Assembly (NCBI RefSeq): GCF_016432865.1
Contig: NC_067398.1
Location: forward strand, 706,800,001 to 706,864,000
Source of the DNA: Antechinus flavipes
Lineage: Eukaryota
Direction: 5' to 3'
DNA: 64,000 nt
Of this stretch, positions 1-12,330 are shown piece after piece (the stretch's first letter is position 1; each line of letters begins with the position of its first letter). The notes beneath the pieces were generated by a model that saw nothing but the letters and a program-made list of their open reading frames with translations, ran no database searches and was not told the origin of the DNA. Made by a program: the position numbers and the translations under genes.

Positions 1-105
1 TCTGGGAAGGGAGGAGATAAGGAAATGAAGGATAAAAAATCTGAACTCAAAATCTTACAAAAATGAATGCTGAAAACTATGTGTAATTGAAAAAGTAAAA
101 TACTG
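1..105 (+). mobile_element. Marsupial L1 3' terminus fragment
   Basis: G-rich tract, then 'aaaatcttacaaaaatgaatgctgaaaactat...tgtaattgaaaa', the same terminus seen in other L1 ends here (e.g. 61860-61930). Confidence 0.6.
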
Positions 106-174
106 AGGTCACCGATAATTTGGAGAACACCCAGAATTATTTTAAGGACCACGAGTCCATACTATATTACATAA

Positions 175-537
175 AGACAGGGTGAAGAAACTAAGAAAGT
201 TTGACCTGGAGAAGACTCAGAGGGAACACAATTAGCTGTGTTTAAGTAACTGAAGACTGTCATGTGGAAGGAATTATGTTTGTTCAGTCTGTCACCAGAA
301 CCACCAAGAAGAGGGTCATTTTGGTTTGAAGTGCGGAAAAACATCGTAGCAATTAAAGCTGTACAAAAGCGGAATACACTGCCTGGGGAAGTAGTAGATT
401 CTCTTCACTGAAGGTTTTCATCAGAGGCCACTCAGCTACAGTAGGGTAGTGATTTTTTTCTCCCAAAATTTATTTATGATTAAGTTTCTGTTTCAAAGTG
501 TTAGCTGCTAAGGTCCTCTTCAATTGAAAGAGTCTGT
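175..537 (+). mobile_element. L3/CR1 LINE 3' end
   Basis: Resembles the recalled L3 3' consensus (gaagactcaggggagacatgatagctgt...tgtcatgtggaa...gaggtagt...ctaaggtccct). Confidence 0.7.
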
Positions 538-853
538 GGAAAAAAGGACTTGAGTTGTAAAGAAAAAGAAAGCCTCATAAGGTAGTGAGCCTAGGTAAGT
601 AAAAAAAAAAAATTAAACAAAATCAGGAAGACAAGATATGAGACCAGAGTAAAGAGTCTGGGTGTGTCAGCTCTAAAAGAAGCTTACCAGGTATTAATGG
701 AATACCCAGCTCTCTGAGCTGAAAGAGAAAGGGAGGTGGAGAAACAAGGACATGGGCTCAGACATCTGGTAAATCCAGAGATATATGTAGTGAGTAGCTG
801 GCATTTTTATTCTTGTTACAGCCAAAAGACTGCTCCATCTCAGTGCAAGCTGA

Positions 854-1843
854 ATAAGGGAGTGCTGATGCATAAGTTTTTGTTTGCATCTGATTGTGCA
901 ATGCAGCCTCCGAAGCAGAGATGCAACAGAGTATGGATCGATTCTCTGCTGTTTGTGCTAATTTTGACCTAACAATTAACACCAAGAAAACCCAGGTCCT
1001 CCATCAGTCAGCATCGACCATCCATCTGTGGAACCATCAGTTACGACAAATGGAGAAGTTTCGAATGTTGTGGATAAGTTCATTTACTTTGGCAGTATAC
1101 TTTCCAGGGATGTCCACAATGATAATGAGGTTGACACACATTTCCAGAGCTAGCTCAGTGTTTGGGAGGCTCGGAAGGAAAGTGTGGGAGGAGAGGTATT
1201 AGACAATCAAAGTCAAGGTTTACAGAGGCATTGTGCTGACCTCATAGTTGTGTGCCAGTGAAACCTGGACAGTCCCAGCACCATGCTGGGGAATTGATTG
1301 GCTTCCATTTAAATTGTCTTAGAAAGATTCTGAAGATCATCTGGCAGGATAAGACACCAGATACTGAGGTCCTGTCTTGAACTAAACTGCCAACCATTCC
1401 AATTCTGCTGCAGAGAGTACAACTCCATTGGTCTGGCCATGGTGTTCGAATGCCAACCATATGCTTGCCAAAAAGACAATTTTATAGAGAACTCACTAAG
1501 AGCAAGAGCTCACAAGGTGATCAGAAAATGCAATACAAAGACACCCTTAAGATATCTCTTAAGAACTTTAAAACTGATTGTATGACATGAGAGACACTGG
1601 CATAGGACTGCAGCATGGTAGCCCACATTAGAGAAGGTGTTGGTGCTCAATGAGCAAAGCAGAATTAAAGTTGCTCAAATGTAGGGAATCTACCCCAAAT
1701 GTTCACATGGACTATTTTGTGCCTGACTTTTGATAAAACATTCTGAGCTCATATTTGTCTGCCCAGACAGTCAGCCACACTGCAACTTGACTAACATAAT
1801 TATGTTATTCTGATCCTCCTCAAAAAAGGATGATGACCACCAC
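854..1843 (+). mobile_element. 5'-truncated marsupial RTE-clade LINE (non-BovB) with 52-bp TSD
   Basis: Decayed RT C-terminal region (ORF 894-1202: SEAEMQQSMDRFSAVCANFDLTINTKKTQVLHQ; RASSVFGRL; LRKILKITWQDK). Flanked by direct repeats 802-853 and 1844-1895 (45/52 identical). Confidence 0.9.
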
Positions 1844-2549
1844 CATTTTTATTCCTGTTACAGCCAGGTGACTGCTATCTCTCAGTGCAAGCTGATCTTC
1901 TTTCTCCCTACCCCACCCCCACTTAAAGGAGCTCAAGAAATTCCATTTCACATTCTGGATCAGAGTTGAAGCAATGCTCTCTAAAAAGGATTTGAAAAGG
2001 CAGAAGAAAATCCTGGAAAGTCAGGAGGTTGAAGAGTAGAAGAATACACGGAGTTAGAAAGAATGAAGGACCACTAACCATCTGAAGCTAAAAAATGCAA
2101 TTTGACACTTTTCTTTAATAAGTTGATTCTGGTTTAAGAAGGAAGTAAGCTGTTTGTACTCCAAGGAAAGATTAAATAGATTTACTGGTGATTTCAAGCG
2201 AGGTATCATCCGGCAAAGTTCAGAAGAAAAGTATTTACTAGTGGTTAGCTTCCCCCTAATCAGCAATAGGGAACTATCTGCCAAGCTGACAAGAACTGAG
2301 AAAACCATGTTATTCCCAAGGCATGTATACAGGATGTGAGAGAAAGCCAGAAAAATACTGTTAAAATAGGTGACTGTTAGCAATTTCTGATGATTTATAT
2401 AGACTTTAGAGGATACTAGCAAAAAGAACCTAGAATGGATTGCCAAAGTTTACAAAAGCCTGGGTAAGAAACTGAAGACATAGAGACAGAGTTGGGTTTG
2501 TTTTTTTTTTTTAATCCCTTCTTCCCCATCTCCTCAAAGGCAAGACATG

Positions 2550-4320
2550 AAGAAGATAAAGGCAGAACTGGCCAGTGAATGGCAGATTGAGGATATTTAA
2601 GAATGGGATTTGGATTTCTGGACCACAGCTAAAATTCATAATGACGAATTCCAAGGCCTTATGCCCAGTGTATTAAAAACATAATCTGAAGAACTTTAAA
2701 CTTAATGGGAAGAAGAAAAGAAAAAACTGCCTACATCATCTCCACCAAGCTAGATACTAGACAATAGCTATAAAGTAAAAAGAATAAAATAGTTGAAAAG
2801 ACTTCTTAAGTTCATAGGAGACACAAATTAGGGAAGTTAATATAATAAGATAATCTCACAGGTTTATACACAATGGTATGAACTCTAGGCAACAAGTCTT
2901 AATTCAAGCAGATTAAATTTTAATTTAGATATATTGATGAGAATTGGTAGACTGAAAGTGAGAAGTGGAATTTGTCTCTAGAAGGAATACTTTATTCAAA
3001 AAAATAGGAACAGCTACATGGCCCAATGGATAGAAGTCCAGGCCTAGAGTTCAGAAAATCTGAATCAAAATCCAGTTTCAGACATGTACTAGCTGTGTGG
3101 CTCTGTTTGCCTCAAATTTCCTCATCTGTTAAATGAAGATAACAGCACCTATCTCCCAATGTTCTTAGGATTAAATGAGATATCTGTGAAGCACATAAAT
3201 GTTAGCTATTATTATTACTATAACCAAGATGAGGAATTAGGATTATCAATGTACATTAAGATGAGAAGCTTTAAAGTATATCTAGTATAATACATAAAGC
3301 ACAGGATTTAAAGACAGAAAAACCTAGATTCAAATCCTACCTCAGACACAGTGTGACCTTAAGCCATGTAAATTTCTCTGGGTCTCCATTTCTTAATCTA
3401 TCAAATGAGGGATAGTCACTGGGGGCTATTTAGGGTCCTGTCTAGCTCTGAAGTTGTGATCCTATAATCCCATGATGATGTATTCAAGGAACAAGAAAGG
3501 AAAATGATGGAGAGCATTTGGTTGAAGATCCATGAAGAAAAGTACGAGAAGCCAGACTGTCATCAAAATATACATTATAATCTACTTGGATTGAAAAGAA
3601 AGAGATGAGAAGTCTGGAAGTAGATGACAAGGATGACCCTGAGCTGTGCTACTATAAGGAGAGGAGGCTTCAACCATACCGAGGTTCGCCCAAAGCAGAA
3701 CTAGCCTTAATGAAAATCTCACCCCTAGAGTGAGGGACTATCTGAAGGATATGGGGCCTCCTAAAGAGGAACTTCTATTAAAGCAGATCTATATCTTCTC
3801 TGCAACTTTAAGGCTTCCTAGCAAACATGGAGAAGTTGGGTAACCGACTCAGATTCACATATAAGAGTCCAGGGTGGGTGGAAGGACAAAAACTCTCATC
3901 TTCTTGGGGTGAATCAGCTCCATATCACTTCATCTCACCGCCTTTAAGTCTAATATGCACCTAGATTATGGATTAGCAAATCTTAGTGTTGAAATGAAAC
4001 TTACAGAAAAAGTCAGTCCAGGAGAGAGGCAAAGTTCTCAAGAATGAAAGGCTCAACACTATCTGAAGAGACAAATGTTCAAGGAACCAAGAAAACATGC
4101 ATGATTATGACAGAAAAACTGAGATAGTGTTAAAATGCTTTACAAATCTTAAAAGTGCTGCATAAATGCTATAATAGAAATTCACATAAACAAGAATTCA
4201 GGGAAGCATGAGAAAACAAAGAAATTGATGCAGAGTAACAAGGAACTCCAGGAAAACAACTTATAAAAATTACTACAATGTAAATAGAAAGAACAAGATA
4301 AAATCAAAACAAACAGAACT
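2550..4320 (+). mobile_element. Ancient L3/CR1 fragment: ORF1 end plus ORF2 endonuclease region, broken by MIRs
   Basis: Decayed motifs: gggatttggatttctggaccac (GFGFLDH, CR1 ORF1 esterase), tttatacacaat...ctaggcaacaag (LYTN..SLGNK, ORF2 start), gagagcatttggttgaagatc (ESIWxKI), ggaggcttcaaccatacc (GDFNYP-like). Confidence 0.6.
3008..3217 (+). mobile_element. MIR-family CORE-SINE
   Basis: tRNA-like head, CORE (actagctgtgtg...tttcctcatctgttaaatgaagataa) and tail aaatgttagctattattatta. Many more MIR fragments occur (e.g. ~3290-3470, 10300-10550, 25235-25345, 33450-33625, 46040-46210, 63680-63830). Confidence 0.8.
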
Positions 4321-4928
4321 ATTACTCTCAAAGGGATATAATTATAATGACCAAACTTGTTTCTAGAGAAAAGAGAAAAACCTCATTTTTTTATTCTTTG
4401 TGATGGGTTGTATCTGTATATAAAAACAAAATTTTAAAAAATAAAACAAAATTGAGGGAAAAATACACTTCTCCCTCTGCAGCAGTGAGAGACTTGACTA
4501 CTAGATTGGAATATCATAGTCTCGGCTGATGTGTTGTCTAGTTTTGCTGAGAAACTTTTTTCCTAAATTTTTTATTATCAACTTAATGAACATCACCCTA
4601 TATAAAAAATGATTGTCTATGTATCTGTGACTATTATTTTTTCTTTCTTTTAAATAAATCTTTACTTCTCAGAATAGAGGAGGGGAGAGAAATGTATGTG
4701 GAAATGAAGGTGGCTATACATTTTAAAAGCTATCAATTTTTTAAAGAATGATAAAGAAATGACAGAAAAAAAGGCAAATAATAGGAGAAATGAATGGATC
4801 GGGCACTGTGCTAAGAGCTGAAGAAAAACAATACCTATAAGAGAATAGTGACTAGGTAGGGAATATATAGGAAACTGCATAAAAGGTGAGCTGATTTATA
4901 GAACAATCAACTGATATAACTGTTGGGG

Positions 4929-4950
4929 TGTGTGTGTGTGTGTGTGTGTG
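4929..4950 (+). repeat. (TG)11 microsatellite
   Basis: Seen directly. Confidence 0.95.
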
Positions 4951-6199
4951 TCAATAGAGATACTGATTTAGTTAAATCTATATGCGCTAATCAACTTAGC
5001 CTGGTCCTATGGCAAATATTCCAGCTCAGGAAATTATTTCCTTCAGCAGGAATTTGAATCCCTTCCAATCTGGTCACAGAGTAAATGCTTAATAAATGCC
5101 TATTGACATCAGACAATGTAAAATGCCAAACAAATGTGGGTTTGCAGTAATTAAAAAAATTTTTAAACACAATTCTAAACAAATGCACTGAAATTGATCT
5201 TCCTCTCTCTGTTAAATTAATACTGGATATCTAAAGCTTGGCCTATACTCAAAACGAATACCAAAAAACCTATGTCATTTGCACAGAAAATCTAACAACT
5301 TGCTAAGAGAACCATAACCCAAATTACCTTGAATGTGCTGTGTTTCTATATATATGCATATATTGACTCTCCAGACCAATTGGAAACTCATTGAGGGGTG
5401 AATCAGTTCCATTTTTCTGTTTCCCTGTCACTTAGCATAAGGTCTAGCACAATCCAGGTGCTTAATGATCAATTAGTGATACATACATACATAAAAGGGC
5501 CAATTGTTGCAGGCTGTGGACTAGGTAGTATTTAAAATACCTCAAGTTATATTTCAATGCCTCATTGTGGCATGAAGTTACTCTGGTTTCCTGAAAACTA
5601 TGTTTGACTATTAAAGATCAGCTGGATTAAACATAGATTGAATGGTAGTTACCAGGATCAATCTACAGAAGCAATTTTGGGGGAATCAAAATTTTTTGGC
5701 CTCAGCAATTTGTAATCTATAGAGTTATAAAGGTTTGCAATGGAAACCCAAGTTCAATCCAAAGCAAACATGTTATTAAGCACTACTGTCAACCTAGACA
5801 ATAGGGGCACAAACATGAAAAACAAAATAATCCCTGACTTCAAGGAACTCTCATTCTACTTTAGGAGTAAAGCATGTACAGAAATCCATATAAAGTCTGC
5901 ATGGCTGGGGGGAAGGCAGGGGGAGGCAGAGGGAGGGAGGGAAGAAAGACCTTTAGATCTCAGATTCTGATTTGCAAAAACTGATGAGGTGTTCCCAGTA
6001 AATCTAACAATAATTTGATGAGTCCCCAAGAGCACAAGGCCCTCTAGGCAATGTTCCTGATAAGAGCAGTAGTGGAGAAAGGGAGGGAAGAAAGAAGGAA
6101 GAAAAAAGAAAGGAAGGAAGAAAACTGGATGGGCTAAGGAAAGTAGACTCAAGAATGGCTTCAGAGTGCCTTGAAGAAAGCTGGAGAAGAGGGGTGGGG

Positions 6200-7075
6200 T
6201 ATCATTTTATTTTTTCCTCCTTTTTTGTCATTTTTTTTCTTCCCACTTTATAGTATTTTATTTTTTTCCAATTACATGTAAAGATAGCTTTCGTCATTCA
6301 CTTTTATAAGATCTTGGTTTTCAGCTTTTTCTCCCTCCCCAAGATTAGGCAGCAAGGAGGAAGGAAAGCTCACTCCAAACTTGAAAGATCCCTTGTACAG
6401 AGGCAGGGAGGGGTTGATTTCAGTGAGTGTAAGGAAAAGGAGTAAAGTAAAATGCCTAGAAAGATAAGTGGGAACCAGATTGTGGACAGCCCTGGTCATT
6501 TTATTTATTTTTTGGTTTTCTTCATGCATTTGTTTTTTTTGTCTCATTTTGGTTTTTTAATACAATATTCACTTCCTGACATTGCTCATACCCAACAAGT
6601 AAAGAAAACTGGTTGTGAATGAGTGGAGCAGTTTGGGCATCATTCTGCTTCCAAAATCTATCTCAATCACAATGTCTTCCCATTGCCTTGTACACAGCAA
6701 TCACATGAGAAATACTTATGTCAGTGAATTCAATTGCCTATCCTCTGGGATCAACATTGTCACTGTTATTAGTCTGAGTGTGGCCCCTTCAGTGCTGTTT
6801 ATATTTCTATTTCTGGAATTTTTGTGCATATTCAGGCTCTGTTTATTTCCCTATGCATCAATTCATACTGAGTCCCCATTTTTCTCTAAAATTTTAATAC
6901 CCATTGTTTCTTATGACACAGTAGCATTCTATTTCATTTTATTTTTGGCCCACAGTTTGCTCATCTATTCTTCAATCAACGGGCATCCACTTTGTTTACA
7001 GTTGTTTTGATGTGAAAAAGTGAAAATTTTAATCAACGTAGGGCTTTCTGTCTATGACATTCTTAGGACATATAC
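6200..7075 (-). mobile_element. Old L1 3' fragments (minus strand)
   Basis: Reverse-complement L1 3'UTR/ORF2-end motifs (ttccaattacatgtaaagatagctttc; ccactttgtttacagttgttt...ttcttaggacatatac). Confidence 0.55.
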
Positions 7076-7077
7076 AT

Positions 7078-8905
7078 AGGATCCCGTTCCAGGCCCTCTG
7101 CTCTTCTGTTCTACTTCACTTGGTGATCTTTTAATCATGCTCGAGTTCCACGGATTTATAGTCATCTCTCTACTGTTGACTCTCAGCCCTAACTTCTCTC
7201 ACTATCACAATGCCAACTGCCATGATACATCTCCAACTGGGCACTTTATAGAAATCTTAAGTTCAACTTGTCTAAAACTGAACTTACTATCTTTTCCTTC
7301 AAATGCTTCCCTCTTCTTAACTATTGAGGATCACAATCTTCCCAGTCATATAGGCTTATACTCCATATATCCAATCTGTTGCCAGATCCTATTTTTATCT
7401 TCATAATATTTCTCCCATATACTTCCTTCCCTCCTCTCAAACTACCACCACTGTGAAGCCTCATCCATTACAGTAACATGCAAATTGGTCTTCATAAGTC
7501 CTTTCCCACTCAGCTGTCAAAGTGATTTTCCTAAAGTAAAGAAAGATCTGACCATATTAGCCCTTCCCCACAACTCCCTGTACCAACACTAAATAAATGC
7601 CAGAAACTTCCTATTATCTCCATATATAAAATTCTTCAGCCAATTTTCAGAAGAAATTAATGCCATTTCTAATCATATGAAAAAATGCTCTAAATCACTA
7701 TTGATTAAAGAAATATAAATTAAATTAAGACAAGTCTGAGTTACCACTTGATACCTCTCAGATTGGCTAATATGACAGGAAAAGATATTGATAAATGTTT
7801 GAGGAGATGTGGGAAAACTGGGGCACTAATACATTGTTGGTGGAGTTATGAACTGATCCAACCATCTGGAACAACTTGAAAATGTCCCCAAAGGGCCATC
7901 AAACTGGGCATAAAACTGTGCATACCCTTTGATCTACAGTGTCTCCACTAGACCTGTATCCCAAAGAAATCATAAAAAAGAGAAAGGGATCCACATGTGC
8001 AAAAAATATTTGTAGCAACCCTTCTTGCAGTGGCAAAAAACTGAATGCCCAACAGGTGGAGATTGGCTGAATAAGTTATTAGCATATGAATATATTGGAA
8101 TATTTAAGAAACAATCAGCAGCATGGTTTCAGAAAAGTCTGGAGAGACTTCCATGAACTGATGCTAAGTGAAGTGAGTAAAACCAAAAGAACAAGAGTAT
8201 GTGATGATCAACTGTGATGGATGTGGTTCTTTTCAACAGCAAGGTGATTCAGACCAATTCTAATAGATTTATGGAGAGAGCCCTTTGCATTCAGAGATAG
8301 CATTGTGGGGACTTAGTGTGGATCACAATATAGTATTGTCTCCTTTTTTTGTTGTTGTTTGCTTGCTTTTTTCCTCTATTTCATTTTTTTCTTTTAAATC
8401 TGATTTTTCTTTTACAGCATGATGTGGAAATATGTTTAGAGAATTGCACATGTTTGACCTATATTGGATTATTTGCTGTCTAGAGGAGGAGGGGAGGGAG
8501 AGAGAGAGGGTAAAAAATGTGGAACACAAGGTTATGCAAGGGTGAATGCTGAAAACTATCTTTGCATGTATTTGGAAAAATAAAAAAGCAATCATCATTT
8601 AAAAAAAAATATAAAATCCTCTGGCATTATACAAATATAAAATTCACAAGACAGGCTATTTCCAGACTGGTCATTTTCACCCCCTATCCCCTCCCCATGT
8701 ATGAAATGCTCTCCTCTATTTCTTCATCATAATGCCTTTCTTCTATTTATTTCCAACCTCTTCGACATATAACTTGCTTGTACATAGTTGTTGGCCTCTT
8801 GTCTACCCCATTAGGCTGGGAGGTCCTTGAGAACACAAACTATCTTTTGCCTTTATGATCTTAGCACTTAGTACAAAGTCTGGCACAGAGAAGACATTTA
8901 ATAAC
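7078..8905 (+). mobile_element. L2 LINE split by an L1 insertion
   Basis: L2-type pyrimidine-rich body (ccctctgctcttct...cacttggtgatc...atgctcgagttcc) resuming at ~8618 and ending with the L2 tail ttagcacttagtacaaagtctggcacagagaagacatttaataac. Confidence 0.7.
7634..8608 (+). mobile_element. 5'-truncated L1 (ORF2 end and 3'UTR)
   Basis: atatgaaaaaatgctctaaatcactattgattaaagaaat (MKKCSKSLLIREM motif) through A-rich tail; short TSD atataaaat on both sides. Confidence 0.85.
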
Positions 8906-8944
8906 TTTACTGATAGCCTTATTTAAAGAATTTTAATAGCTAGT

Positions 8945-9031
8945 AAAACAAGTAGAAATTTTCTTCTTGCCATAAAACAAGTAGAAGTTTTCTTCTTGCC
9001 ATAAAATAAGTAGAAGTTTTCTTCTTGCCAT
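8945..9031 (+). repeat. 29-bp minisatellite, 3 copies
   Basis: aaaacaagtagaaattttcttcttgccat / aaaacaagtagaagttttcttcttgccat / aaaataagtagaagttttcttcttgccat. Confidence 0.95.
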
Positions 9032-9076
9032 CAAAATGTATCCTGGCTATTTTTCTGTTCAGATAAACTATGAAAG

Positions 9077-9287
9077 TAAGAGTTCTTCACCTTGTTCTGT
9101 CCTCCTTTGGCAGTCTAGAAAAGCCTATGGGATCCTCAGAATCATTTAAAAAATTTTAAATATGCTTAATTTCAATTAGAGATTAGTGGAAATAATGATG
9201 TAGTTTCTTTCCATCCAAGTTCACGGACACTTGAAATCTATTAATAGATTATTTCAGGGATCTATGGACTCAGCTTAAGAACCCCTG
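9077..9287. mobile_element. Non-autonomous hAT (Charlie-like) DNA transposon
   Basis: Degenerate TIRs taagagttcttcacct / cttaagaacccctg; 8-bp TSD tatgaaag (9069-9076) / tatcaaag (9288-9295). Confidence 0.75.
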
Positions 9288-9340
9288 TATCAAAGGCACT
9301 TAGAAAATCCAAGTGAGAAAGAACAGAATTTAAAAGAAAA

Positions 9341-9371
<31 letters not shown>

Positions 9372-9823
9372 ACTTAAAGAGTTGTCATAGTAACAAGGAA
9401 TATTAAGAAGGAAGCTTTTAACTCTGGAAAGAATATCACCAACATTGACCTGGTGTCACCTCTCCAGTTATAGAATCACAGTAGCAGACAGAACTTTTGC
9501 TGCTCCTTGCTGTTTATCATCCCACATTACTACAGATTTAAGTACCTATGTTCAAGGGACATAAGGCAGAGTAGGTGGTATTTTTATTTACATAACTGAT
9601 AGTTAAAACTAAAGGCTGGTATTTTTGGGAAGACTAACAAGGTGTGTTATGACTTCAGATCTTCCATTGATCAAATCCTGCTCTCAGAAACACAACTATG
9701 TATAGCCCAATTTACCACAATGGCTGGTCCTCTGACCCAACACCAACCACTATCACATGGAGGCTCACTCATAGATACAGATATTTATGCACATTTGCTT
9801 TTTAAAAATCTTATTTGTATTAT

Positions 9824-10106
9824 GTGAGGATATATTCTGATGGAAGTGGATATCTTCGACAATGACAAGGTCTAATCCAGTTCCAACTGGAATGGACAGA
9901 ATGATTGTGGACAGAATCAGCTAAGAAAGAAAGAACACTGGGAAATGAATATGGACTACTTGCATTTTTATTTTTCTTCCAAGTTATTTTTACCTTCTGA
10001 ATCCGATTTTTCTTGTGCAAGAAGAGAACTGTATGGATCTGTATACATATATTGCAAAAAATAAATAAATAAAATTGGCAGCATTATGAAATCTGTTAAA
10101 AACAAA
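9824..10106 (+). mobile_element. Short L1 3'UTR insertion with perfect 20-bp TSD and extra 3' segment
   Basis: TSD aaaaatcttatttgtattat at 9804-9823 and 10107-10126 at a TT/AAAA site; body is young dasyurid-type L1 3'UTR. Confidence 0.9.
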
Positions 10107-10689
10107 AAAAATCTTATTTGTATTATATCTTAAACTCATCTCTCCAGTTCATTTTTATTACTGCTTTCAAACAATCTTCTTCAAGTATAATCTAACCATG
10201 TTATTTCTGTGTTCAAGAGCTTCCCATGGCTTTCTATTGCATCTAGGTTGAAATACAAACTCTTCTGTCACAAAGTCCTTCAGCTGGGTAGCATAAGAGA
10301 TATAGAGTGCTGAGTGGCGAATCAGGAAGACCTGATCACAAATGCAGATTCAGACACTTACTACTGTATGACACTGAGAAAGTCACTTAAGCCTCTTTCT
10401 CCCTCAGTTTCCTCATCTTTAAAATGAAGATATTAACACTTTCCTCCCACCTTCCAGCCTGGATTCATGTGAGGACAAAATAAGATAATTATCTGTAAAA
10501 TGCTGAATTCAGTGACTAGCACATAGCAGACACTTAAATGCATTTTTTCTGTATCTCCTTTCCTTTCACAATCTTATTTCAAACTTTTAAAAAACATGTC
10601 ACAACTCAGTATAGGCCTACATTTCATATCCCTTAACAAAATAAGGTCAAAATAGGTACTAATTTAAACATAAAAGGTAACACTATGTG

Positions 10690-12330
10690 CAAATTCGGAG
10701 AACAAGGAATAGTTTACCTCTTAGATCTTTGGAGAAGGAAGGAATGTATGGCCAAAGAAGAATGAAATGCAAAATAAACAACTTTGATTACATTAAAATT
10801 AAAAGGTTTTGCACAAACAAAACCAACACAACCAATATTAGAAGGGAAGCAGAAAGCTGGAGAAACAATTTTTATAGCCAGTATTTCTAATAAAGACCTC
10901 ATTTCTAAAATATAAAGAACTGAGTCAAATTTATAATACAAGTCATTCCCCAACTGATAAATGGTCAAAGGATGTGAACAACTTTCAGATGAATTAAGGC
11001 TATCTATAGTCATATGAAAAAATGCTCTAAATCACTATTACAGAAATGCAAATTAAAACAATCTGAGAGGAAAAGTTAATGATAAATGCTGGAAGACATA
11101 TGGGAAAACAGGGACAATAATGCATTGTTGGAGTTGTGAACTGATCCAATAATTATAGAGAGCAATTTGGAACGCTGCCTAAAGGGCTATCAAGTTGTGC
11201 ATACTCTTTTTTTTTAAACTTTCTTTCTTTTTTTCTTTTTAAATAACTTTTTATTGACAGAACCCATGCCAGGGTAATTTTTTACAGCATTATCCCTTGC
11301 ATTCACTTCTGTTCTGATTTTTCCCCTCCCTCCCTCCCTCCACCCCCTTCCCCAGATGGCAAGCAGTCCTTTACATGTTAAATAGATTACAGTATATCCT
11401 AGATACAATATATGCGTGCAGAACTGAACAGTTCTCTTGTTGCACAGGGAGAACTGGATTCAGAAGGTAGAAATAACCCAGGAAGAAAAACAAAAATGCA
11501 AGCAGTTTATATTCATTTCCCAGTGTTCCTTCTATGGGTGTAGCTGCTTCTGTCCATCCTTGATCAATTGAAACTGAATTAGCTCTCTTTATCGAAGAGA
11601 TCCACTTCCATCAGAATACATCCTCAAATAGTATCGTTGTTGAGGTATATAATGATCTCCTGGTTCTGCTCATTTCACTTAACATCAGTTCATGTAAGTC
11701 TCTGTGCATAATACTCTTGATGCAGCAGTGTTTGTACTGAATCTGTATCCCAAAGAGATCATATAAGGAAAAGGACCCACAGGTACAAAACTGTAGCAGT
11801 TCTTTTTGTGGTGGAAAAGAATTGAAAAATGAGTAGATGCCGATCAACTGGGGAATGGCTGAATAAGTTATTGTATATTAAAGTAATGGAATATTATTAT
11901 CCTATAAAAATGATAAAAAGCTCACTTTAGAAAGGCCTGGAAAGATTTACATGAACTGATGCTGAGCAAAGCAAGCAGAACCAGGAAAACACTGCACACA
12001 GCCAACAGCAAGATTGTGTGGGAATAAACTATTATGAACTTGGTTCTTTCTCAGTGATTCAGTGATCCAAGGCAATCCCAATAAATTTTGGATGGAAAAC
12101 GCCATTCACATCCAAAGAAATCTATGTAAATCAACACATGTTATATTCACATTTTCTTCCTTTTTCTTCTGTTTGTTTTTTCTCCTGTGGTTTTTCCCTT
12201 CTGTTCTGATTTTTCCCTTCCAACCTGAAAATTCCTTATGAATCCATAAAGAAATATGTTTTTTTTAAAATGTCCATGTATAACTAAAAAAAAAATTTTT
12301 TTACATGTAACTGGGGAAAATAAATGTATT
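10690..12330 (+). mobile_element. Older L1 (ORF2 C-terminal region and 3'UTR), interrupted by an inverted younger L1
   Basis: ORF 10687-10890 (KINNFDYIKIKRFCTNKTN..IRREAESW) is L1 ORF2-like; continues after 11703. Confidence 0.85.
11207..11703 (-). mobile_element. Young L1 3'UTR, minus strand (sense to SPPL3)
   Basis: T-rich tail, TTTATT at 11250-11255 (AATAAA on minus), high similarity to the L1 ends at 56835-57231 and 59645-59830. Confidence 0.88.
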
